The notes: generated from the letters alone by a model not told the origin. A stretch of 32,000 nucleotides of DNA from Promethearchaeota archaeon (GCA_016933055.1 JAFGBS010000019.1:30001-62000); one strand, 5' to 3'; shown: positions 18,992-27,606, numbered from the stretch's first letter. A program made the numbers and translations.

Positions 18992-20125
18992 CTATAATTT
19001 TATTCTTCGTTGATATAAAATTACTCCGGTAATTGCAGCACCTAAAACGACTAGAACTATAATGAGAACGATCCACCAACGTAATTTATAATCACCAAAC
19101 TGCTCTGAAAGTGCAGATAATTCAGGATTGATATTATTAAGTATACTAAGAGCTTGATGGGTGGTGATTGTAGAGGATCGTCTTTCCGTTCCAAGTAATA
19201 CATTTTCTGAAAATCCACCATCATCTGGGTTCTGATTACTGAGTATCCAATCGAGAGTTGCTTGTTGATCTTGTACCGAGAAACCTATGGAATAAAGAGT
19301 CATTACTGCTTCATAAGTTGCTCTTACTGTAGCAAAAGGCAGTTCAGACTCAGGGTTATAGGAAAATCCTCCATAATGACCGACTGAATTTACATCATCG
19401 ACATAAAACTGGGATACATACTCGTGAACTAAAGTTTTGTTTTCAAATTCTGATAATGTTCCTAAATACCATAAGGTTTGTATTGCTTGGTATGTAGAAG
19501 TAAGGGAAGATTCGGTTGCAGTAGGGGAATATTTAAAGCCACCATCTGTATGTAGTAATCCCGTTATGAAATTCGTTATATTCGTTATTTCTAAATCCTC
19601 TATAACATCCATTAAATAGTAACTTTTTACTATTAAATAGGTCCCTGCTATTGAAGCATTTAATCCCAATTCCATCGTATATCCTATTGCGTCCCCGTAG
19701 ATTTCGGTGAAATTAGATGCAAACTCCTTGAAATTATTTACTCCATTCCAATAATCAATATTATCAATATAATATAAGCCTTCAATACCATAAGTGGAAT
19801 TCTGTATCATTTCCAAATCCATACCCCAATTAGTCCGATCCCTTAACCAGACTCGAACTTTATCGATATCAGCCTCATCCGTTGCATCGAGAAGATATAA
19901 ACCTCCCAAAGCTGATTTTGTAGTCATTATAGTTTCGATTTCATCATTGCTATCTTCATATTGATTAAATTCGCTAAAAGATCCCCAAACATCGTCTTCT
20001 GTGCTTAATATAAAATCGATTGTATATTCTCTTCGGGTTTTACACAACCCAAAGGTAGGAAAGACCACTAACCCAATAATTACTAAAACTGGTATAAGTG
20101 AATAAAATGTTCGCTTTTTTATCAT
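18992..20125 (-). CDS. Prenyltransferase/squalene-oxidase-repeat (alpha/alpha toroid) protein with an N-terminal signal and C-terminal TM anchor
   Basis: Repeated DGGF/GGF motifs (LHTDGGFKY, HYGGFSYNP, QNPDDGGFSE), each followed by T..A...L helices. Hydrophobic N-terminus and C-terminal TM with a QRRIKL tail. Confidence 0.8.
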   Translation of the reverse strand: MIKKRTFYSLIPVLVIIGLVVFPTFGLCKTRREYTIDFILSTEDDVWGSFSEFNQYEDSNDEIETIMTTKSALGGLYLLDATDEADIDKVRVWLRDRTNWGMDLEMIQNSTYGIEGLYYIDNIDYWNGVNNFKEFASNFTEIYGDAIGYTMELGLNASIAGTYLIVKSYYLMDVIEDLEITNITNFITGLLHTDGGFKYSPTATESSLTSTYQAIQTLWYLGTLSEFENKTLVHEYVSQFYVDDVNSVGHYGGFSYNPESELPFATVRATYEAVMTLYSIGFSVQDQQATLDWILSNQNPDDGGFSENVLLGTERRSSTITTHQALSILNNINPELSALSEQFGDYKLRWWIVLIIVLVVLGAAITGVILYQRRIKL

Positions 20126-20214
20126 ATTAATCGCTCATTTAGGGACCGCTTCAACAGTCTCGTAGAATATTAATTTAGTTAAAAGTAGTAAAGATAAAAA
20201 GATTGTTAGTACAT

Positions 20215-21744
20215 TCATAGAAGTTGAGAAAAATCTAAACCGATAGTATCTGGATTTTCGAGATACTTCTCATATGTAATAAACAGTTTCTGAGCACTTG
20301 GGATAGATCCCAAAATCGACGCACCATTAAAAATTGCGGTATTCCGTTTTGCGGGTAACACGATTTTGATAATATCTCCGCCATCGTCGGCAAATGTGTC
20401 CTCTTCGAACTCTGTCGCCTTAATTGCCTGCAAATCTTTAATTTTGGGTATAAATTCTTCCGATCCAAATTTTTTTGGGCTATTCAAGGGAATTGGCACT
20501 ATCTTTCCCCCACAAAAGGGACAAAACGAACTTTTACCTTCTAATTTTTTTTTGCAGTGAGGACATTTATTGGGGTATTCAAAGTCGGAAGGAATATTTA
20601 TGGTAGTAGCACCAAATATGTAACCGCATTTAGAGCAAATTTTTGTGGTTGCGAGATTTACGCGTTCCCCGCATTTTGGACAAGTATCCATCATTTTAGT
20701 GGGAGTGTCAACATTAATCATTCGCGGTTTTTCCAACGATTTTCTTGATATTGATGGCTTAGGTAACGGACCCAGCTGAGGTAATAACTGTTTTAATTCT
20801 TCTTCTAAACGAAAATTCAATCCTTGGAACATGGTATTACCCCCCGATAACACGATACTTTTTAGCATGGTTCTCCAGTATTGTTTATCCAGTTTCGATA
20901 AGGAATTAATGATTGCTTGTGCAATATTGGATACATTATACCCTAACAATTCAGGATGAAACAAGATTTCAGGTGCATTTACTCGGACACTCATTGGAAA
21001 TTTTACAGATTCTCCATCGGGTAAAATGTACGACGTGATATCCTTATTGTGCTTTGCAACTTCTTCGGGATTTAGTGCAATAAAACAGGTTTTTTCTTTT
21101 ATATCGCGTAAAATTTCCTTTTGAGCTGTAGACGTGATATTAACTCCATATCCTAGCAGTAGTGTACGTAAATATTCTGATACATCTTTTCCCGATAGAG
21201 TTAATTTCTGAACTGCATGAGTAACTACTTCTCCATCTATGATTGGAACAATCCATGTTAGACCCTCACCACTTTCCACTAACATTCCAGTGGTTAATCC
21301 CGCACTAAATAATGCCATCACCGGTGCATTAGCAATATATACACTTCTCACTCGATAAGTTTCAAAAAAGAGCCGTGTAATGTATTTTTTCGTATCTAGA
21401 GGAGTTAATGCATTTTCGGGATAAATAACTTTGACTTTTGAAGGATCAGTTCGTAGAACATTATAAAAAATGTGAGTCAATACAGAATAGTAACTATCCC
21501 AATCCATAATTGCTCCACGGTTAAAAGGATAAGTTATTTTAAGTACTCCACGCATACGCATGCAATCTTCGCCAACATACTGATCCTTGGTATCAACATC
21601 CGCCATTACTGATTTGTATTTTTCCTTCCCCGTCATTGTGGGAAAAATAACTGGTTGCTCATCACCAGCAAAGCCTACTTTTGTATAGGCTTCTCCGATA
21701 TCAATTATGACTATCTGCTCGTCTTCAGGTGTGGATTGCGTCAT
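20215..21744 (-). CDS. Actin-related protein with an inserted double zinc ribbon
   Basis: IIDIGEAYTKVGFAGD, YVGED, YPFNRGAIMDWD, ESGEG, IKEKTCFIA, LPDG, APEILFHP, IVLSGGNTMFQG, IFNGASILGS. Insert carries four CxxC pairs. Confidence 0.93.
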   Translation of the reverse strand: MTQSTPEDEQIVIIDIGEAYTKVGFAGDEQPVIFPTMTGKEKYKSVMADVDTKDQYVGEDCMRMRGVLKITYPFNRGAIMDWDSYYSVLTHIFYNVLRTDPSKVKVIYPENALTPLDTKKYITRLFFETYRVRSVYIANAPVMALFSAGLTTGMLVESGEGLTWIVPIIDGEVVTHAVQKLTLSGKDVSEYLRTLLLGYGVNITSTAQKEILRDIKEKTCFIALNPEEVAKHNKDITSYILPDGESVKFPMSVRVNAPEILFHPELLGYNVSNIAQAIINSLSKLDKQYWRTMLKSIVLSGGNTMFQGLNFRLEEELKQLLPQLGPLPKPSISRKSLEKPRMINVDTPTKMMDTCPKCGERVNLATTKICSKCGYIFGATTINIPSDFEYPNKCPHCKKKLEGKSSFCPFCGGKIVPIPLNSPKKFGSEEFIPKIKDLQAIKATEFEEDTFADDGGDIIKIVLPAKRNTAIFNGASILGSIPSAQKLFITYEKYLENPDTIGLDFSQLL

Positions 21745-21894
21745 TTTAATCGTTCTGTGTTAATAGAATGAATCATATCATAGATGAATAAATAAATTAA
21801 TTTAATTCACATATTTTAATTTTAATAACGCTAAATGGACTACGTTAAATGTTATTAAGTGAGTAAACTAATCCATAAAAACAGACTGAGGAAA

Positions 21895-23112
21895 ATGGAA
21901 CCAATAAAGATCGCATTTGTAGGGACGGGGTTTGCCGCTAAAATTCATGCTACTGCTTATAAACAAATCCCAAATGTGGATGTTAAAATTGTTGCTGTAT
22001 CCTCCCGAAAAAAGGAAAACGTAAAAAAATTTTGCGAGGAAATGAAAATTGGTCCAGAATTGATTACTACTGATAGTTTTGATATGATTCGATCCATGAA
22101 TGCTGACATTATTGACATTTGTACACCAACTCACACTCATTCAGAATATGCTATTGAGGCTGCCAAAGCGGGGAAAAACATCATATGTGAGAAACCCTTG
22201 ACCGGGTTTTTCGGTGATACTAGTATACCAGTAGAAGACCGTCAAGACGTCGGAAACGTGGATAAATTGATAATGCTTGAAGAAGTCTTAAAGGAATGTG
22301 AGAAAATTAAACAAGTTATCGAAAAACACCAAGTCATATTTGGATACGCAGAAAATTGGGTATACGCTCCACCCATTTCAAAGATTAAATCTTTATTACA
22401 AGCTGCCAGAGGGAAAATTCTAGAGATTCGCTGTGGAGAAAGTCACTCCGGTTCTCATTCAAAATTCGCTGCTGAATGGAAATACACGGGAGGTGGGGCA
22501 TTGATCCGAATGGGTAGTCACCCCATTGGGGCTAGTCTCCATTTAAAACAATGGGAAGGAATTATTCGGGATGGGCATCCTATTTTACCTCATTCAATTA
22601 TTGCAACTACAACGAAAAATCGAGAGTTATTAGATAACTTACCACCCGAACAAGATTGCATCCAGAGTAGGCCTAAAGATGTGGAGGATTGGTCCACAGG
22701 AATTCTAAAGTTTGAAGATAATACTACTGCAGTAATAGTCGCATCAGATGTTACATTAGGCGGAATCGAAAATTGGTTGAATATTTATGGGAGCAATACC
22801 CGAATTGAAGCAAAAATTTCAAACAATAATACCGTGATGGCGTATGCCCCCACGGAAAAACAGTTCAAAGATGCATATACAATAGAAAAAGCAGAAACAC
22901 AAGCAGGATGGAGCTATGCTCAACCTTCGGAAGATTGGATGACTGGTTACCCTTTCGAAATGGCAGATTTTGTTCGTAGTGTTATTGTGAAAACACAACC
23001 CCTTTCAAATTTGGATTTGGCGATAAATACCACCAAGGTCATTTACGCAGCTTATTTATCCTCAGAATCTGGAAAACGCATTCATATTCCAAAGAACTTC
23101 ACATATAGTTAG
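21895..23112 (+). CDS. Gfo/Idh/MocA-family NAD(P)-dependent oxidoreductase
   Basis: IAFVGTGFAA Rossmann motif, ICTPTHTH, ICEKPL, GGGALIRMGSHP. ATG at 21895 has GAGGA upstream. Confidence 0.92.
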   Translation: MEPIKIAFVGTGFAAKIHATAYKQIPNVDVKIVAVSSRKKENVKKFCEEMKIGPELITTDSFDMIRSMNADIIDICTPTHTHSEYAIEAAKAGKNIICEKPLTGFFGDTSIPVEDRQDVGNVDKLIMLEEVLKECEKIKQVIEKHQVIFGYAENWVYAPPISKIKSLLQAARGKILEIRCGESHSGSHSKFAAEWKYTGGGALIRMGSHPIGASLHLKQWEGIIRDGHPILPHSIIATTTKNRELLDNLPPEQDCIQSRPKDVEDWSTGILKFEDNTTAVIVASDVTLGGIENWLNIYGSNTRIEAKISNNNTVMAYAPTEKQFKDAYTIEKAETQAGWSYAQPSEDWMTGYPFEMADFVRSVIVKTQPLSNLDLAINTTKVIYAAYLSSESGKRIHIPKNFTYS

Positions 23113-23127
23113 TTTTGATTTCAATAC

Positions 23128-23379
23128 ATGAGACGCAGATTAATAACTATGAAAAAAGATGAAAAGTATATGGTATTAAATGAAAATGAACAGTTTATTA
23201 TTGATTTGTTACGACATAACAATAATAGAATGAACTATAAACAAATACAAATCGCATGCGAAAATGAGTTTGAAGGAGTTCGCTTGATTTTAAAGGCTTT
23301 GAAGGAAAAGGGATATGTTTATTTTGATGAGACTATACCCGGTTTTAGTTCTGAAATTGAGCTGATTCGAGAAGCTTAG
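23128..23379 (+). CDS. Small winged-helix protein
   Basis: LNENEQFIIDLLRHNNNRMNYKQIQ...VRLILKALKEKGYVYF wHTH pattern. The start may be 23149. Confidence 0.7.
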   Translation: MRRRLITMKKDEKYMVLNENEQFIIDLLRHNNNRMNYKQIQIACENEFEGVRLILKALKEKGYVYFDETIPGFSSEIELIREA

Positions 23380-23496
23380 AAACGAGATGTACGATGAATT
23401 TTGATAAATCGGATATTATCAGACAATGACCTTACACCTGGCTTCCCGTTTGGTTACAATTTCAGATCCATTAGCCCTAAAAAAATTGGGATAAAA

Positions 23497-24459
23497 TCAG
23501 AAAATAATTTTGATTGCGTATTTATTGTCGATTTTAACTTTATCTGCAAGCCCTTGTTTTGCGATAATGTTAAAAATTCTATTAATATCTTCCTCGGGAA
23601 GATTGCTAAATTCTTGATTTGCTTCTCGAATATCTTCAATGAAGATAGGTTCTGTAAATGCAACGTTTTTTGCCCAATCCACTATAGAATCAGCCCAGAA
23701 CTCTAATGATTTCCAATATATACGTAATTTTTCCTTTTTCTTATCTAGAAATTCTGCGACCTTCTGTTTTATTAACCCGTCAGCGAGTTCTTGAATAACA
23801 TTCGTTCTATCTTTAAACTCACTCCACGGTTTTTCGGATAATAATTCTTTGGTATAGATAATATGTTTCGCAGCCATTTGTGCATAATCAAACAGCACTT
23901 TTGACCAATCATCTAACCAAGATTCATAATCTTTCTTGTTTTTTCGCTTATCCGGCATCGAATACATAAATCCATACGCTGGTTCTTTCAACCATGTATA
24001 TTCTTCACAGAGCTGATCAAAAATGGAAACTACTACAGCCGCTTTGGTTTGTTCTAACTCGATCTCTTGTTCTAATCTATGAATTTCATCATCAATCGAA
24101 GCAAGATCTGCTTTACTTAATTCAACTTTACCAGTTTCATTGGAAACTCCAGCTAATTTATTGAGTATCGAGGATAATTTATATTCTTCCTCTTCCAAAG
24201 TGGAATGAGCCACTTCGTGAGCAATGGATGATTCCAAATCTGTTAATTCTGATTTAATTTGATCGTTTACTTCAAATTCTTCTGTACCTGCGAGGAGTTT
24301 GACATCAATTATCTTTTGCTGGGCTAAAATTTCCTCTTGCTTTTCCATTTCTGCAAGTTTTTGTTTTAGTCTTCTCAATTTCTGGAGTTTTGCAGTTCTT
24401 TCTTTCTCTAATTGACTGCTTTCTTGCTTTTCAGGTTTTTTCTTCTCTATTTCAGCCAT
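23497..24459 (-). CDS. vps25: Vps25-like (ESCRT-II) tandem winged-helix domain fused to a ~150-aa N-terminal coiled coil
   Basis: W..DWSKVLFDY, LRIYWKSLEFWADSIVDWA, EFSNLPEEDINRIFNIIAKQG and terminal AIKIIF match the Vps25 pattern (IYWRxPEEWAxxIxxW...GVKF). ATG at 24459 preferred; 24474 is possible. Confidence 0.8.
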   Translation of the reverse strand: MAEIEKKKPEKQESSQLEKERTAKLQKLRRLKQKLAEMEKQEEILAQQKIIDVKLLAGTEEFEVNDQIKSELTDLESSIAHEVAHSTLEEEEYKLSSILNKLAGVSNETGKVELSKADLASIDDEIHRLEQEIELEQTKAAVVVSIFDQLCEEYTWLKEPAYGFMYSMPDKRKNKKDYESWLDDWSKVLFDYAQMAAKHIIYTKELLSEKPWSEFKDRTNVIQELADGLIKQKVAEFLDKKKEKLRIYWKSLEFWADSIVDWAKNVAFTEPIFIEDIREANQEFSNLPEEDINRIFNIIAKQGLADKVKIDNKYAIKIIF

Positions 24460-24491
24460 GGCACAAACCCCCATTGGCTAAAGAAATTAAA

Positions 24492-25721
24492 TTATCCTCC
24501 AAATTCTTCTCTCCAATCCTCAAAACGCTGGATCTCTTCCTCACTTACGGTAGGTCGAATCTTTCGTAACGCATGATCAAAATCATCACGGTTAATAGGA
24601 CGAACTTGAACATCTGAATTTCCTTCGAGTGATCCCATTTTGTCTAATTCTCGTATGGGGCGCATAATTACCTCTCTGCACACAATTGCAATGTCACTTC
24701 CGGAGTATCCTTCTGTTATTTCGGCTAATTCACGAAAATCTACACTTTGTTCTCGATCAATTCCTCTTGTATGATAGGCAAATATGGCTTCCCGGGAATC
24801 AATATCGGGTAGGGGTGTATAAATTTTTCGTTCAAATCGACGTAAGAACGCACTATCAATATCCCACGGGCGGTTGGTCGCAGCCATGATGGTTAAGAGT
24901 TTCTTCGCAGTACTTCCTCCGCCTTTTACACCTTGGATCTCTTGGAGGAGCTGAGTTTTCAAACGACGTTCACCCCCTCCTTCGGAGGCGCCACCGCGTG
25001 TACCTGCAACAGAATCAATTTCATCAAAAAAGACAATACTCGGTGCCTTTCTTCGAGCAACATCAAATAAAGCGCGCACTAATTTTTCAGATTCCCCGAG
25101 CCATTTACTCATAATACTAGCGGAATCAGCAACAAAGAAAGTACATTTTATTTCATTTGCAGCTGCTTTGGCGAGCATAGTCTTACCACAACCCGGGGGT
25201 CCAAAAAGTAATATGCCTGACCATGGTTGTCGTGCACCGGTGAATAGCTCGGGTCGTTTTAACGGGAGAACTACAGCTTCACGAAGTGCTTGTTTGGGAT
25301 CAGGTAAACCGGCAATATCTTCCCAAGAAATATCGGGTTTTTCGATTAAAACCGTCCCCATGACCATCTTTTCCATTTCAAGTTCTTCTTCGGTTAATTC
25401 TTCTTCCTCTCCTTCTGCTTCCCCTTCCTCGCTATCTTTTCGTACGGAAGTGGATTTACCCGATAGAGAGGATCGTAATCGAACTCGCTTAGTTCCCATG
25501 CTCTTTAATTCGTCTGCACGATCTAAATATTCATGCGCTTTATCGGACCACATTTGTTTCATATTCGCATTTTTGGTGTATTTCGTGCATTCCACTAAGA
25601 TCTCAGCAGCTTTAATATAATTTATGGTCGCTTCCCGGTAGTTTTTTGCTCTATCAAATGCAATCGCTTGCGATGCGATTTGTTTTGCATATTTAAGCAT
25701 TTTTGAATCTGTTGAGGACAT
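24492..25721 (-). CDS. vps4: Vps4-like AAA+ ATPase with an N-terminal MIT domain
   Basis: MIT (AKQIASQAIAFDRAKNYREA...YLDRADELK), GPPGCGKT, pore loop SKWLGESEK, FFDEID, ATNRPWDIDSAFLRRFE, C-terminal FEDWREEFG. Confidence 0.93.
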   Translation of the reverse strand: MSSTDSKMLKYAKQIASQAIAFDRAKNYREATINYIKAAEILVECTKYTKNANMKQMWSDKAHEYLDRADELKSMGTKRVRLRSSLSGKSTSVRKDSEEGEAEGEEEELTEEELEMEKMVMGTVLIEKPDISWEDIAGLPDPKQALREAVVLPLKRPELFTGARQPWSGILLFGPPGCGKTMLAKAAANEIKCTFFVADSASIMSKWLGESEKLVRALFDVARRKAPSIVFFDEIDSVAGTRGGASEGGGERRLKTQLLQEIQGVKGGGSTAKKLLTIMAATNRPWDIDSAFLRRFERKIYTPLPDIDSREAIFAYHTRGIDREQSVDFRELAEITEGYSGSDIAIVCREVIMRPIRELDKMGSLEGNSDVQVRPINRDDFDHALRKIRPTVSEEEIQRFEDWREEFGG

Positions 25722-25893
25722 TTTTTCTTAGCTGTGACTCCATTTTCTGATGTTTAGTATAAAAACTGCTTTAATTAAATCTTATTCAGATTCACATTTT
25801 AGCAAAATTAAGGTATAAAAGAAAATTTAACCCTAATATTTTATGGGATTTGCAACTAAAAAATGCTGTAATCAAGAAACGGAAAAGGAAGTA

Positions 25894-26796
25894 CTAAAAA
25901 AATGACAAAATTTCTTTATGTAGATGTTCATTGGAAAAAACATATCCGGGAGCCGTAATTTCACAAATCTTTTCTTTAAATTGAAGTTTCTTTCCCGAAA
26001 TATCGGTTGAAAATCCTCCAGCCTCCCGAACGAGCAAATCTCCCGGGCAAAAATCCCATGAATACATTTTGGATCGATTTAGATGTGTATAAAAATCATA
26101 ACTTCCATCTGCAATTTTACAGAATTTTCCCATTCCATCCATTGAAAGTCGATTGCTTTCTTTTATTCCAATTTTATTTAGAAAACTTAAGGTTGCATCT
26201 GATAAATTATGTAATGATATACACACTCGTGCGTTTTTAAGTTGTTTTTGGGAGCTGACATGCACTGGATGAAATTTTCTTCCCCCAAATGACGCTTCTG
26301 CTCCCTGCCCCAGTTCGGCAGAAAAGACTGCCAGTCCATCATCATCGTAATTCGGAGCAGCGATTGCACTCACTATAGGTTCAGAATTTACTACTAGACT
26401 GATACCAATAGAATAGGAAAGATGCTCTACGAATCCTTTTGTACCATCCACAGGATCTATAGTCCATTGACGATTCGATAGATTTCCCCGGTAATTAAGC
26501 GTGGATTTCAAGTTTTTGATATCTATTTTTTGATCGTGAAAACACCGTTGGATTATCTCCTCTTGGGATGAACTCAGTTCGTCTATAACTTCTTCCGCAA
26601 ATATTTGATCACCGGGAAATACTTTCCTCAAATTATAATTGATAAAAATCTGTGAAGCATAGTCCGCTAGGGTCACAGGAGAATGATCTCGTTTTTCCAA
26701 CGTTCTAAATCCTGTTTCTCGGAACCATTCGGTGATTCCTGCCGCCTTTTTTACTAACTTGCGCGCTAACTCGATCTCTTGTTTATATTTACTCAT
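25894..26796 (-). CDS. Inositol monophosphatase-family 3'(2'),5'-bisphosphate nucleotidase (HAL2/CysQ-like)
   Basis: DHSPVTLADY, AEE, WTIDPVDGTKGF, WDFCPGDLLVREAGG. GAGGAGG RBS precedes the ATG at 26796. Confidence 0.9.
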   Translation of the reverse strand: MSKYKQEIELARKLVKKAAGITEWFRETGFRTLEKRDHSPVTLADYASQIFINYNLRKVFPGDQIFAEEVIDELSSSQEEIIQRCFHDQKIDIKNLKSTLNYRGNLSNRQWTIDPVDGTKGFVEHLSYSIGISLVVNSEPIVSAIAAPNYDDDGLAVFSAELGQGAEASFGGRKFHPVHVSSQKQLKNARVCISLHNLSDATLSFLNKIGIKESNRLSMDGMGKFCKIADGSYDFYTHLNRSKMYSWDFCPGDLLVREAGGFSTDISGKKLQFKEKICEITAPGYVFSNEHLHKEILSFF

Positions 26797-27478
26797 TGTC
26801 CTCCTCGAGTCCAATTACTTTAAAATCAAATTTTTCTAACTCCTTATTAGCTTAGTTGATCCACCAATTATTAAATTACGTACTAGTAATACGTTGAAGG
26901 TTTTACATTGCTTCTTCCCGAGTAGGTTCCTTTGCTTTATGAAAACCATTGAGCATCGCCGCTATATATGCTCCCATTTGCTTGAAACGCCAATATTAAG
27001 GATGATAGGTATGATCCCATGTTAATGATTTGTTTTCTCGTATTGTTTCACGTAAAGTCTGGTATACTTGTCTAAAACGTCCTAAAACTACTATATCCTC
27101 ATCTTTAAGCTCGAACTAGGGAGCAATTTTTCTTAAGATTCCCTCCATTCCGGCTTCAATTTCACATTTCATTGCCAAAAGTTCCCATTGTGAAACATCT
27201 TTGGTCCCTTCCTTTTCCTCTTCCTTTTTATAGAACCTTAAAAGTTTCCAAATTTTGAAAAATTCTCTATATAATCGGTCAAAAGTATTTGCAGCAGAAA
27301 ACTGTAATTCCCTTCTTTTTAGCCTAACAGACTATTTAGCGGAAATTGATTGCTTTACTCCCCATGAAAAAAGAAGAATGACTACAGAGGACGTAACAAT
27401 TAACCCAAATTGAATTAACTCTAATTGTACCTCCGGATCCATTGAAACTACCACATGTTGAGATAGATGAGAATCCAT
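26789..27478 (-). pseudogene. Frame-intact pseudogene of an uncharacterised protein with one N-terminal TM segment and six in-frame stops
   Basis: Manual translation in one frame: MDSHLSQHVVVSMDPEVQLELIQFGLIVTSSVVILLFSWGVKQSISAK*SVRLKRRELQFSAANTFDRLYREFFKIWKL...IAP*FELKDEDIVVLGRFRQVYQTLRETIRENKSLTWDHTYHP*YWRFKQ...EEAM*NLQRITST*FNNWWIN*ANKELEKFDFKVIGLEEDNE*. Confidence 0.75.
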
Positions 27479-27606
27479 CCTTTTTTTTAACTTTTCAACT
27501 ATTTATTGAATAGAATCGAAAAAGACTAGGTCATGCATTTATCTATTTTTTTTACGTTATATGGTAACAATTTATCTGATTAAGTTTCTTTCTAAGAAAT
27601 GATAAA

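Noticed and set aside
18957-19079. N-terminal extension of folD in the ORF track
   Set aside because: It overlaps the upstream prenyltransferase-repeat gene; FolD homology begins at MGLILDGKK (18956).
24358-24405. MIM1-like motif (ERTAKLQKLRRLK) in the Vps25 fusion N-terminus
   Set aside because: Leucine spacing is off by one from (D/E)xxLxxRLxxL(K/R), and it is N-terminal rather than C-terminal; it is compatible with an ordinary heptad.
26789-27478. Pyrrolysine or genome-wide stop readthrough explaining the interrupted ORF
   Set aside because: Four of the six stops are TAA, and TAA/TAG terminate many normal genes in this window.
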